64,000 nucleotides of DNA from Lama guanicoe (Eukaryota): contig MU053652.1 of assembly GCA_013239625.1 (NCBI GenBank), positions 1,490,001 to 1,554,000 on the forward strand. Reading direction: 5' to 3'. This document shows, piece after piece, positions 12,421 through 25,400 of the stretch. Position 1 is the stretch's first letter. Every line of letters starts with the position of its first letter. A program made the translations under genes and the position numbers. The notes beneath the pieces were generated by a model that did not search any database, was not told where the DNA came from, and worked only from the letters and a program-made list of their open reading frames with translations.

Positions 12421-13721
12421 CACTCTAGGAACTTATCCATCCTGCAAGGAACCGGCAGCACCTGACCTCCCATTCACCCTTGCGTGGCCCCAAAGGAAGG
12501 AAATGGGTGATGGGCTCCCCTTTGTGTCAAGGGCAGAAAGGTGAGGCTCAGCGAGTCCCTAGGGGAATCAGGGAATGGAATCCAGGAAGCTGCTGCCCAC
12601 TCTTGCACTTTTGCAATAGTTTTCACTGTTGTCTTGAGCCCCGCTCTCTCTTGGCCACCAGCACCTCCGCTCCCATCTCAGGCATCTGCACCTGAGCCTG
12701 GGTTTTGCATCTGCAAGATAGGGATACTAGCATCCTCAGGACTTAGTCTGACAGTTTGTTGGGGGCTCAACAGAAAAACAAGATGATGCAGGAAAGGATT
12801 CTGTGAATGGTGACTGTCACGGGTTGCCAGGTGACGAATATTGTGATTGATTTTGCGGGCAGTGCTATCCCCATCAGAAGGAGGCACCATGGTGAAATCT
12901 CACCCGGTGGAGGCCCTCAGACACCCCAGTGGTTTTGTCTGTTCACTCTTCACTTTAAGTGCATGATTCCCAAACACTTCGCTGCGTTTTACAAGACTGG
13001 CTGAAATGCCCCCTTGGTTCCCTGCTCCTTCTCCCGTTCCTCCAGCCCCACCCGCCAGAAGCCTGCTTGCCACCAAATTGCCATGCCAGCAATTTTCTCA
13101 GCCGCTTAAAAGGCCATCAAGACAGCGTCAAACTGCCTGTACATGCTAAACCCAAATGCTTATGGAGCAGAGCCCAGAGTGGGATGCTAAATTGGATTCT
13201 ATCAAATCAACATCAGCTGCGTGCAAGCCGCTGATAATGAAAGGCTCCTAATGATGGCGTTCATAGCTGTAAGAAGATGACTAAGAGCTGAGAATGGATG
13301 GCTGCTGGCTCTGGCTGGGCTGGGAAGGAGGCACTGGGGAGAAGCCACATACGGAACTGTCCCCAAGTGGATGCTGGAAGGAGCAGGCGAAGAAGGAAGG
13401 CTCTCTGTTCCTAGAATAGGGATGGATGTAGGAAAGGCATTCATTGTCCCTTTTGTAGTTTACACACAAAAACCCAGAAACACGTCGAGCTCATGACGGT
13501 AGGTCAAGCTCCGATGTGGATATAAATTCTGAATTCTGGTCTGGAGACAGCTTTCCCATCACTCCCTGCCCCGACACCTTCCTAAATTCTTCAAGACTGG
13601 GTAGTAATTTACTTGAAGAAAGGAGGAGGGATAGAAGAGGCAGGCTCAGGGCTGGTCTGTTAACTCCTTGACCTTCACTCTGGGTCACATGAGCTGCTTC
13701 TTCCTTCTTCCTCTTGGCATG

Positions 13722-14190
13722 TGTGTTAGTTTCTTTTTGTGGCTGTAGCAAATTACTACTGCACACTTAGTGGCTTATAACTACAGACATTTATTATTCT
13801 ATGGTTTTAAGTCACAAGTCTGACATGGGTCTTCCCAGCCTAAGATCAAGGTGTGGGCAGGGCTGCACTCCTTTCAGGAGGCTCTAGGGTGGGGTCTGCT
13901 TCCTTGACCTTTTTCCGCTTCTAGAGGTGCCCCCATTGCTTGGATCTTGGCCCCCTTCCTCCACCTTCAAAGCCGACATTGTCACATCTCCCTCTGACCG
14001 CAGCTAGGGAAGGGTCTCCACGTTTAAGGGCTCAGATGGTTAGATTAAGTCCACCTGGGTGAACCAGGATACTCTCCCACCCGAGGGCCTTAACCTGAAT
14101 CACATCTGCAAAGTCCCTTCTGCCACGTGCGGCGACATGGTCACAGGTTCCAGTAGTTAGCATGTGGAGGGCATCGTTTTGCCCACCACA
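13722..14190 (-). mobile_element. MLT1 (ERVL-MaLR) solo LTR
   Basis: TG...CA termini, MLT1 hallmarks (aagatcaaggtgtgggcagggctg, aatcacatctgcaaagtccct) and a 5-bp TSD gcatg (13717-13721) / gcgtg (14191-14195). Confidence 0.9.
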
Positions 14191-15605
14191 GCGTGCATAA
14201 ATTAAAGCCTTGATCTTCAGATTCCTTTCATTGGGCTGAAAGGATGGAGCCAGATGTGATCTGCATTGACAGCCTTAGGTGCCATGGCCATGGGCAGACA
14301 ACACTGTGGAAACTGTGAGCATCACTGCCAAGGTCTGCACCAGCTGGGATGGGGGAGAGAGAGAATCCTGTTGGATGGGAATTATCTCGAGCTCTTTCCT
14401 CAAACTAGTAAGCCAATGAGAATGCCACACATCTATGCAGTGCTTTATGGTTTCCAAAGCATTTTCAAAGATGTTGAAACTAGGTAGCATGCAGCTGGAT
14501 GGACTAGTAGAAATTAAACCCATGCTGCAGAAGGAAAAACTGAGGCTCCAGATGAGTCAGTGATTTCCCCTGTGTTATTAATGGCTTCCTGCCCAGGATC
14601 CAGGACTTTTCATTTGTAGTCCAGGGCTCGGTTCAGCTGGAGGGAGCATCCAGAGATGGTGACAATGGCTCAGCTTGGATAGGAGCTCAGTAGGGCAGCC
14701 AAAGCCTGCTATTCTAGCCAGGAGCAGGGAACAGCATCAGCCTCAAATGCCTATCATAGTTCTTTGCGTTCTATGCTTCTGGCCCTCTGCCCCAAGATGG
14801 GGTTTTGGTTGCACCTGTGCAGAGAATGTCTGTGTACCCCCCCCCCAGTCACACTCTCCTGCTGGGGCCTGCATCCTGCAGTCACCCGCATGGTTTGCCG
14901 GTGACTGGCCAGCTTAGTGTCTGCAGGCTTGTGTTGTGATTGGCCTGGGAACTGAATCGGGGGCCTCAGGCTCACCTTTGCCATCCCCTGACCAGCTGCT
15001 CTTGACCAATGCTTGAAGGACAGCTTCCTAACATGGCAGGGTGGACGTTGTGAGCAGGCACTGTCTCGCCACTGAGAACCTTCCGGGCCAGAATGCAATG
15101 ACCTAGACTGTAGCTGGTGAACACGGAGGTATATGGGCTCCCAGGGAAGAATGTCATTCCTCTGGGCATCTCCTCCTGCCAGGAGCCAGCACTGTCTCTG
15201 CAATCATGTCTGCACTGTCTTGTCACAGGTGCACTTATATTTTAGGTAGCAAGTATTCATGAGCACTCACGACATGCTGATGTGTTGGGTGCTCTGCCTG
15301 TGTGTGTCCTGTCCTCCAACTGTCTTGTCTCCTAACTTACCCTCTGTCCTCACCTCTGCCCAGAGGCTGCAACTGCTCAGGATTAACTACTCCCAAGGAG
15401 CTGTGGGGAAGAATGAAGGGAGTCTGGCAGTGCTGGTCTTCGGCAAGTTACTTTACCTGCATGAGCCCTAATTTCCTCATCTGTATAATGGGGCAATAAT
15501 AATTGCAAACATTTACTGAATGTTTATTATTATATAACAGGAACTGGTTTAACTGAAGTTCTATGTAGTTTACAGGCATCGCTTATTTAATTCTCACAAT
15601 GCCAT

Positions 15606-16038
15606 TGTGACGGTTAATTTTATGTGTCAACTTGGCTTGGCTATGGTGTGTAGTTCTTGGTCAGATACCAGTCTAGATGTTGCTGTGAAGGTATTTTGAG
15701 AAAAGATTAACGTATACATCAGTAGACTTTGCATAAAGCAGATTGCCCTCCATAATTTGGGTGGGCCTCGTCCAATCAGTTGAAGGCTTAACTTAAGAGA
15801 AAAGACTAAGATCCCTGAAGAGTAAGGGATTCTGCCTTTTGACTGCCCTCAGACTCAAGCAAGCTCAACTCCTGCCAGAATTTCCAGCTTGCCAGCCAGC
15901 CCTGCAGAGTTCAAACTTGCCAGCCCCATAATCACAAGCAATTCCTTACAGTACTATCTATATCTACATCTCTATCTGTAACTAACCATCTATATTATTT
16001 CCTATTGGTTCTGTTTCTCAAGAACCCTGACTAATGCA
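15606..16038 (+). mobile_element. MLT2 (ERVL) solo LTR
   Basis: Starts tgtgacggttaattttatgtgtcaacttgg and ends gaaccctgactaatgca, both canonical MLT2 termini. Confidence 0.9.
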
Positions 16039-16074
16039 GGGACTATTATAATGTCAATGACAGAGATGAGTAAG

Positions 16075-16420
16075 TAGGACAGACTGTCTTCCACTCATAG
16101 CATACTCCTTGACATTTCCCAAGCTTCCTATGTATTGAGATTGGTCATGTGACAAGAATGTGGGCAGAATGACATATGTCAGAACTGCACCTACTCTGGG
16201 ATTCCCTACCCTCTCTTTGCACTTTGGTTGGCTAAAGACCCAGTGGAGGCCTCTGAGGAGGAACCACTAGATGCCAGGAGTCTGGGTCCCCATACTGTCC
16301 CATGAAAGGCCACGTATGGGATTGGACTGTGATGGGAGCAAGAAGTAAACCTTCATGGTGTTAAGCTGTTGGTATTTTGGAGCCATTCATTGTAGCGGAT
16401 GACCCACTCTGACTAATCCA
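16075..16420 (+). mobile_element. Old MLT1 (I/J/K-like) LTR
   Basis: acatttcccaagcttcc...ggtcatgtgac...aatgtgggcagaa and a 3' end taaaccttcatggtgttaagc...ctgactaatcca. Confidence 0.7.
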
Positions 16421-17204
16421 CTGTCTAAGATTACCTGGCCAGCAGGTACAGAGGCAGGACTCAAACCCAGGCAGCCTGGCTTGGTAGCCACTGCCCTGCC
16501 CTGAACTGTGCTGCCTTGTGACGTTGTTGTGAGCGTTAAATGAGATGAGGGTTAAATGAGTAAAGTAGGCTTGGCACGTGGCAGTCCCCCCCACCGTGAT
16601 AATTACTGATATTGCAAGGGGTTTATTTGGGCCAGGAATTTGACAGTGCCTCTTATAGTGTCATTGTGAACAAACAGAGTAATGTGGGCTGCATGGTGGC
16701 TTCCTTACTGGTTGAACAATTGTCCCTAAGATGTGTTGATTAATGAATCCATGTCAACTGGAAAGTTCCCAGTGCTGGGTCATGAGAGTCTTGTCCATTT
16801 CCCTAAAGAACCATACAATGTGTCTGTCTTCTTAGACATTTTGTCCTTAGATACATGAAGACACTGCAGACATGATTAACAAATTGATAGATGGAGCAGG
16901 GCTAGATGGGAGAGCTAATATGTTGAATGACAGAATGACGATTAAGAAAGAGTCTGGGCAGGCCAGAACAATGGACTGAATCTAACGAGATAAAAAGTAA
17001 GAGGGAGAAATCAAAGTCTTGCCTTTAGTGCAAAAATGAACTGAAGGAGGGCAGGATAAGGGAGGCTTGTTGCTTACGTGTGAAAAGTCCTGCTGTTCTC
17101 GTTGTCTGTTAGCCTGATATGAGTCAAGAGCATGACACAGATTCTTTAAAAAATGAAGAACACCTTAGGCTGCATTGATGGAGCATTATGCCCAGACTTT
17201 GGTC

Positions 17205-17320
17205 CTTCACTCAGCAAGTGTCTACTGAGTGCTTACTGTGTGCTGGGCATCGTGCTGCGTGCTGGGGAGAGGGCAGTGAACAAAACAGACAAACCCTGAC
17301 TTCAAGCAGCTGATATTTAG
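17205..17320 (-). mobile_element. L2 3' end inserted in L3
   Basis: cactcagcaagtgtctactgagtgcttactgtgtgctgggcatcgtgctg...gtgaacaaaacagac. Confidence 0.8.
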
Positions 17321-17569
17321 GATGTGATTATCCTGAGCTATGTGCTAATTGGTTGATACCATCTTTCTTCACCTCCTATATGGATCCAAATGGTAAAAGG
17401 GCTTAGAAACCATGTGATATTGGAAATGGCCCAAGGAATGAAGAATGATGAGATTTAGGGAAGCTTAAAAGATATCAAGGGTCATCCCCTCAAATGAATG
17501 CTGCACATTTCAGAGGGAGAGAGGACGAATGACTGACTAAGAAAAGATGTTTGATGTTTTTGGAGCTCT

Positions 17570-17770
17570 GGGTGAGACACTGTACACTCACTCTCTCATT
17601 AAATCCTCTCAACAGCTCTCTAAGGTCAACAGTATTTCCCCATTTCATAGGTGAGGAAGCAGAGGCTTGGAGAGGTTAATGTAACTTGGTTGTGTTCATA
17701 ATGCTGGCAAGTGGCTAAGATGGGATCTGAATCTCATCTGTCTGAAGTCAAAGCCCCATGTTCTTTCCTG
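17570..17770 (-). mobile_element. MIR inserted in L3
   Basis: ccccatttcataggtgaggaagcagaggcttggagaggttaatgtaacttg is the antisense MIR core. Confidence 0.8.
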
Positions 17771-18009
17771 TTCACCGCCTGATACATATTTCACGTGAAT
17801 TTAAGGAAGACGTTTCTACCTATGTCAGGTGTATGTAAGTGGACCACAGTGTGCTTTCATTTTAGGCAGAAACTGGGCGACGGTCTCCTGGGATTCCCCA
17901 CAAGGGCTTCTCCAGGGGTGTCTGTGGGATGGGAGGGGCAGGGGAAGGCAAGTTGGGAGGCACAACCTCCATGCCTCTGTCTCTGGCTTCATCTGCTGCA
18001 TTCTAGCCT

Positions 18010-18370
18010 CCCTGGGCCCTGGGAGTTCCTCAAACAGGCCATCTTCTTCCCCAGTCTGGGCCCTTTTCACACATTAACCCCATCACCCGCTTTCCATAAT
18101 TAACTTTGGTCCATCTTTCTGGTTTTAACCTAAACCTCACTTTCACAGGAAGCCGTCTCTGCTGCTTAACACTGGATTAGGTGCCCCTACTTGAGCATCT
18201 CCTGGCCCCCCGCTCTCTCCATGGGAGCACGGGGCACCCTGCTTTGCTGTCAGCCCTCCTTGGTAAACTGTAGGCTCCCTGAGGACAGGGACTGGGACAG
18301 AGACAAGGTCTGTCCTATGTTCTGCTCAGTCCCCACTGCCTAGCACAAAGTGGGTTCTTCTTAATAGTAT
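18010..18370 (+). mobile_element. L2 3' fragment
   Basis: aactgtaggctccctgaggacaggga...ccccactgcctagcacaaagtgggttcttcttaata. Confidence 0.65.
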
Positions 18371-21300
18371 GTGTGACATCTCCTAAGATCTGGCAACTGT
18401 TTTGGTGCCATGGGAACGGCCAACATCCATTGGGTTTTCCATCTTGCCTCTGTCTTCTCAGCACTCAGTGGGCCTGGAACTGGGCCGGGTAGGTTCCGTG
18501 TGGACTCTGCGGTGGGAATGGGTTGGCAGCAAGCAGCAGCGTCCACTGTGCTCTCCACTGTGCTCGAATCCAGGCGAGTGGTGGCTGTGGAGCTGGGCCT
18601 GGCAGGGGAGGGGTAGTGAGCTGCCCCAGTGACCTCCGCGATTATCCAGGCCTCTCTGTGGATTCTGGCCTGTCCGGCAGACTTTCTCCCTCTTGCAGTG
18701 TGCGACCTCTGAACATGGGGTCTGCAACTCGTACCACTCTGTTCCTCTGTGTGATCCTGGCTTGACTTCCTGACCAGCAGGCAGCCGGGAGAGAAGGGGG
18801 TTAACTCTGAGTCGGGGGAATGCAGGATGATGTCAGCCTGGCTGCCCAGCAGAGACAAAAGCCTCTAATTGCTCTTTTCCTTCTTGTCAGAAGGCTGACT
18901 CCAGAGTTACTGTAATAAAGGCCTGTGGGTGGGGAGGAGGCCGACTAATGAGGGAGCCAGTGTTTGGAGGTGAGAAGTGGGAGATAAGAGACAGCCCAGA
19001 GGTCCAGGAACGGGTCCCCTGAGGGAAGACGGAGAAAGGCGATTGGATCACGTGGTCTGGGCTGGTGGGGCGTGGTCAGGAGGACTCATGGTCAGGAGGA
19101 CTCCTGGTCAAGTTGCATTTGAAATGCCTTCATCGTGGGAGCAGCTGGTCCCCTCTGTGCAGTGACAGACTTCCAGGCCCTCACTGGGAGAAGGCTCTGT
19201 GGGGAAGAAGCTTGTGTTATTTTGTTAACAAGCAGTGGTGGCTTCCTTCGTGGGGCAGATTTGAGAAGCCATTCTGTTTGCAGGGGATGGGTCTGGAAAC
19301 TTTACCTTCTCCTATAGATTGGTCATGATTGATTTCAGTTGAGCAATTCTCCTTCCAGAACCTACCTTAGAATCAAGACTCCCAAGAGCACTCGGGAGGT
19401 CTGTTCCTCCATCCATAGGTTAGCTGGGTCTTTCTTTATGGCGTAATCTGAAGGGATGACTGTCCTTGCCAGGCTGCCGTCCCCGAGGCAGAGGGACTCC
19501 ACGCCGGCCAGGCACCAGCAGGCCCAGGATCTTGTCTGTGCATAAGCCCCCTGGGCCTGCTCACCCATGAGGAACCCATACTGAGCCATCCAGCTGCCCC
19601 ACCCGCCACCATCATTCTCCACATCTGGATTGTCCCCCTCTCCCCCTGGCCTTGTAAACCTCACCTCTGGCCTCCGCAAGAAGGCCTCCTGACTTTTGTC
19701 TCTTCTCCGAGCACCTATGGGGCTGACCCTGGACGCCTGATGTTTGCACCTACTTGAACACCACGTGGACATCGGAGCTGCCAGTTTTGGTTTGGAGCCT
19801 TGTCTGTTTCCGCTAGATTGTGGTCCCATCAGAGGCTCTGCTTTTGTAATTGTCATGTGTCCATGCAGTGCTGAGAACTTAGTCTTCCAGAAGCACTTGC
19901 TGTACTGGATTAAACTGAATTACGTTGAATCTGGTCTGAATCCTCACCAGAAAACTGGACTTTTCACTTTGAATCATTAGAGTGGCCAACTTTTTTGACA
20001 AAACAGGTTAAAACAACATAAATCCTTATTAAATCCCTTGGAGCCCCAGTGCTCAGAGCCAGTGCAGAAGAGGCAACATGGTGTTGTTTCGGGAGAGAGG
20101 CCACTGAAGACAGGGTGGGGGGTGCCAGGGCACAGTCTCCAGCTGCATCTCCCAGGGTGGGGAAGGGGTTCTGTGTTGAGGTAGCTTCGGGAAACAGAGT
20201 GAGCCAAGTTAAACGGGTCTGTCCACAGCGGGACTTCTAGGGCCCTAAAATATGAATGTGCGTGTGGCTCTCCAAGAGGCCAATATAGTATGTGCTGCTG
20301 CCCACGTGGACATCACCCTGCAGTCTCTTTCGGGAAATCCTCTCCTGGGAGCTGCGTTTCATGGCTCACTCTTGGGGAACCCCCGTGTACGTGGGGCTCC
20401 ACTGGGTAGACAGAAGGATCCATACCCTCACATTGGGTCCAAGCCCTGGAGGACTGAGAGTCTTACGTGTCTGGTTCCTCCATCTGCCTCCCCGAGTGCC
20501 CTCTGGCTGGCTGGCTGTCCTGGTGCACACCAGGGCAGCTGTGGGCTCTGCTTCTCCCAGATCAGCCTCATCTTCCTGTTCCGCAGCCCCAGCCCCTCCC
20601 ACCCGAAGCCACTTTGTCTTGTCTCCTGGGCTCCTCCTGTTCCCTTTCGCCCCCTGCCCTGGCCCAAGCGCTCTGACGGATTATTCCCAGTTCTGCATCT
20701 CCACCTCGCTGCTCCCAGTGTCCCATTCCATCCATATTCAGTCTTGCATTATTTAAGTCTAGAAAATGTTCTGGGCTTGAACTGAAGAGGAAGAGACTCA
20801 TTAATATGGACCTTATGTATTTATTTCTAACTCTTTGGAGCTTCAGAGAGCTCTGCCACCCTGATCCCAGTGGCTCTTTCTTCAGTTAGAAGAGCAGCAG
20901 CCCACAGGAGGCCGAGTGGGCTGAGATGGGAGGCCTGGGCCATGGCGTTGCTGCCAGGCAGGGCTCCGCTGCGATTTCAGAGGGCGCTGGCGATGGCCCA
21001 ATGATCTGTATGCGGAGCCTGGCTTTGCTGCTAGCCAACTGTGCTCTTCTGCTGGACCCCGTCCTCTCGCTGGCCCTGGTGTCCTCCTCGGTGGAGTGAG
21101 AGCATTAGACTGTGTGGCCTGAGGTCCTTCAAGCGCACACGCCTCCTGCCCCTCTACGACACCGAAGGGGAAGAGTTGAAGGCAGGCAAATCCCTCTCGT
21201 TGACTTACATTTCAAACATATTTTAAAAGTCATGAAGAACAGACTTATCACAAAATGAGTTCATCATTTGAAATCATCTTGCAGCAGTAGGAAACCTTAC

Positions 21301-21609
21301 AGCGCCCAATGTGGAGTGTGTTTAAATCCCTTATGTTTACCTAGCAGCTTTATTTCCAGAGTGCCTGAATCACATGTTCATATTTGGCCTTCACAATCTA
21401 TTTCCAGAAACTGAGTTGAAGAAAGTGAGTGTTCTGGTTCACAGATAAGGAAACTGAGGCACAGGGAGGCTAAGTGCCTTCCCCTAAGTGACCAAGCTGC
21501 ACGGTGACAGATTTCTGGGACTTGGACTTAATGCTGCCTGGACATTCCTCCCTGAGGGTATGCCACCCCACCCCCCAAGCCCTTGGGCTTCACATGGTCA
21601 AATGGAACC

Positions 21610-22420
21610 CATCTTCCTCCCAAGTCTTTCTTCCTCCTGGTTGTGTTCCCCCCAGTCTCCTCAGGCCAGAAATCTGGTAGCCATCCTTGTTTTTGTGACT
21701 ATCATGACCTGTACCCAGTCAAGCACCAGCTTACTCGCCTGAGGATTTCCCCAGTCCTCCCCTTCTCTCCACCTTGGAATCAGCTGCCCTGGGTCAGACC
21801 TCTGTCACGTCTCATCTGGACTGGAATTTTTGCCATAGCTTTGTAACTGGTCTCTTTGTCCCTAGTCTTTCTCCCTCAAATCCATTCTCCAAAAATTTAA
21901 AACTGTGTCATCCCACCTCTTACCCACTCCCGCCAACGCTTGTTTGAAACCCTTTGGTGGCTCTCATTATTTACTGGATAAAGTCTGTGTTTTCCAGCAT
22001 GGTGTTTGGGAACTGCTGACTTTATCTGGTGAGTTTATCTGCAATGTACTTCATATTTTCATATACTGGGCCAGTCTTCATTCTCCAAATGAGCCACGCA
22101 ATTTTCCACCCCCATGCTTTTGCTTGTGTTGTTTTCTCTGCCTCGAACAACCAGTGCAGCCCTGTTCTTTTCTTGGCTAATTCCTGGACCTTGTCTTTCA
22201 AGACTCAACTTACATGACTCAGTGACTCCCCTACCTTCCCTGTGCCTGGATTAGGGTCCACTTTTCTTTGTTCGTGTAATATCCTATACCTTCCTGCAAC
22301 ATGCTGTTTACTTATCTCCATCATAAGATTTTAAGTTCTTGAGATCAGGAACCACATCTTATTCATTTTTATAGTTTCAGTGTCCCTACTACAGAGCACT
22401 AAAAAGTGTGTGCTTGGTGT
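21610..22420 (+). mobile_element. L2 LINE relic
   Basis: Pyrimidine-rich L2 body (ctcatctggactg, aatccattctcca, ctttcaagactcaact) ending ttaagttcttgagatcaggaaccacatcttattcattt. Confidence 0.75.
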
Positions 22421-25400
22421 GGGTTTTAGAGAAAATACTATCTTTGGTTGTATTCTCCAAATAGTGGCGGGAAGCAAAATGTCCAAGGAAGTAGGGTGTT
22501 CGAGTGAAGATGGAGTGCTTTCTTTGTACTGATCCCAGGGGTCTTTTCCTAAATGCTTCACTGAGGGTCAAGGTCAGTCAGGGTCAACCAGATCTGCTCA
22601 ACAGGTTCTCTGGTTCTGAGTTCAGGGTTGTGGACTCCACTGTCCAAATGGAGCTGTTTCCTTGGCCTAGAGAAAACCTCCATCCAAAGCCACAAATGTC
22701 CCCGTGACACTGGGCAGCCATCTGGGAGATCTGTGACCTTGACCACGAGGAAGAGCTGGTGAAGATCGTGGAAAGATAGTGGAAACCCATCCTTTCTGAT
22801 GGAGAGGACACACATCAAACTCCTGGGAGGCCCTCAGCGTCACTGCCTCCTCCCCAGCACTGGTGGTGGAGGAAGGGGGACAGAGAGTAAGTGTCATCTG
22901 AGGGAAGTATGTTGTATGTGTGTGTGACACACTTGTTTTCCCTGCTGCTTAGGGAGAGTGAATCAGTGTTGGGACAGAGTCCAACAGCAGACAAGGTCTC
23001 CTAGGCGTAGCAATCGGCTTTCCCTCCCAGGAGGACACTTCATCCCTGTATATCCATGGGCCTAACAAAGCAATCACTGCCTCCCACTGTTTTAATCTTT
23101 TACTCAATAACTTAATTATTTCTCAGGTCCGAGTGGCATGCCACTGCCCTGGTATTAACCCTGAGTATAATTACCCATCCTATTTCTCCCCACCGCACCT
23201 CCTGTTTAGAGCTTTTAACTGGACCAAATTTCACCCATCTTCTTGCTGTGGGCATTTAAAGGACCGTGGGCCTCTAATCACTACCTGGGGCCTGGGAGCA
23301 GCCAGCCATAAAGTGCAGTATCTGCTTGTTTATTCCTGTTCATTCAATTGGCTTCAAATTGCTCTGAACAAATTCTTGGGCTGCAGAAGAAGCTGTGTGG
23401 GCTGTTTTTCATTCGCGTGGACACTGAGCAGGAAGAGAGGGGGAGAAGAGAGGGAAAGAGAAGACTCTGTTGCCAGAGTTTTCTCTGTTCCTCACCCCCT
23501 ACTATGCCGCCCAGCTCCTCTACACACAAAACCCCTGGCCACACAGGAGACAGGCCACTCCAGGTGCCTGAATCTTCTGCTGAGACCCTGGATCTTATTG
23601 GCATAGACCGCTCACCTCTATGAACTTTATGACTGGATGAGTCCATGATGAGATCTAAACCTGTGCTCCCCTCCAGCAAAGTCGTGCTTCAAAGAGGAGA
23701 TGCTCCTTCTGACTGTCTTTTTATCTCTCCAGGGGGGGAGCTGGAGGAGCTTGGTCAGGGGGGACATGGTCCCAGTGTGGTCATTTGAGCAGGACTGTGG
23801 AGTCAACTGCATGATCATCCTAAAACATTAATCATTTTTCTTCCTCTTACCATCGGAACTGTCCTCACAGGACCAACTCATCCTCGTACCCTTGGGCTGA
23901 AAGCAGGCCTCTGAGGTCAAGGCAGCTGATTTCCCTGCCCTGTGTTCTTCCTTGACCTCTTTCCTTATTGCTTTTACCGTCTGGAAGTTCTCAGGGGTGT
24001 CTGATCTGAATCATCCTTATGTAACAGAAGCCTATTTCTTTTGGTTCTTCTTTGCTTGGTCATCTCTGTCTATAAGCTTTTTAATCTTAAAGTCAGTTCT
24101 GAAAGTCTTATTTCCCTTGACTTCTGTTCTCCAGGCCAAGTCATTCCAATTCCAAGAGTCACAGAACCATGCAACTTAACAGTGGGAAGGATTTCCTTTA
24201 CTCAACTCTCCCAGCTTGACTTTTTGCCCTTTATGCAGATAAGTGATTTCCTTGAGGTCCTGTCCAGTTTCTTGACAAGACTTTAAAAATGTGGGTGGTG
24301 AGCTGCTTTTTTGAATGGTCTGTCGGTTCTGGGGGCTGAGCTGAATACTTTAAAGAGGGATTCTTGTTCTCTCATGATTTCCTTCTACAATCGTAGGATG
24401 GGCAAATATTCATCATACTTCACTTTTCTCTTGTCTAAAGGACAGGGCAGAGGGGATGGGTTTGGTGGAAATATAGGTTGTCAGAAGCTAGTTTCCCCAT
24501 TTTAGCCTCATGTAGAAGAGTCTCCCAGAGGAGGCAGGGCTGTGGTGGGAAGAATTCTCAGTTTGTATTCAGGGTGCTTGGGGTCTAGGACCAGTTCTCT
24601 TCAGTCTGGCTGGGTAACCATGGACAAGTCACTCTGCCTGTCTGGCTCTCAGTGTCTCTGTCTATAAAATGAGGAAACCAGAGCAAATGAATCCTAAAAT
24701 CCTCTCTGATTCTGGCCTTTCTGAGTGAACAGCCTTGTAGAGAAATGCTCAGGGGCAGGGCGTGGACTGGGTGATGAACAACGCAGGGTAAGGGACACTG
24801 GTGACCCGGGACAGTGCTGCTGAAGGAACGTGGATAGATGGCACTCCAGTGAGACAACAGAGAAAGTGGTGATGGGAAAGCTGAGAGGGATGGTGTCAAT
24901 TTGGGAGGCTGATGTGTGATGTGTGTGTGCAGGGTGATCAGGCCCAAGGCTGCTGGGTCAGTGTAAGTCTCCTCTTTATTCTTCTAGAAGGTGCAGTCCA
25001 CTTCCATAGTGCTGTTTATCCAAACACTATCCTCCAAATGGTGACTCTCTGATGCCAACAGCCCATGTTTGAAAGAGGTTGTTTAAGGCTATCCTGATCA
25101 TCTGGAGACCCCTTTGTTCTGCAGGGTTCCTCTCCACCTGGTCAGCCAGCAGGGGGAAGAAGCCTAAGGACTGGGCTCATCTTGCAGATAGATAATAAAA
25201 CCTTGCTAGACCCAAGCCAGCCTCTTCTAACAACCAACATTTTCCACTGCTTTTTTGCTCCAAATGTCATGGAAACGGTCCGTTAGATGCAGGAGCTGGA
25301 GTGATTTGAAGAAGGATCAAGACCATAATTTCTGTGTCTGTAAAAACATTTTCCCCTAACCCTTTTTGACATGGTTGAGATGTTCTAATATCTCGGACCC

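Larger units (their letters stand above)
15420..16600. mobile_element. Two nested MIRs (outer + strand, inner - strand) interrupted by LTRs
   Basis: Plus-strand MIR core at about 15420-15505 resumes at about 16520-16600. Minus-strand MIR pieces lie at about 15505-15605, 16039-16080 and 16420-16510. Confidence 0.65.
16660..17900 (+). mobile_element. L3/CR1 LINE relic (reverse transcriptase region and 3' end), interrupted by L2 and MIR
   Basis: From 16872 it translates MINKLIDGAGLDGRANMLNDRMTIKKE, then after a frameshift LGRPEQWTESNEIKSKREK and KVLPL. This matches the CR1 RT pattern IKFADDTKLGG.AN.L.DR..IQ.DLDRLE.WAE.N.MKFN.DKCKVLHL. ttaggctgcattgat (LGCI) follows downstream. Confidence 0.8.
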
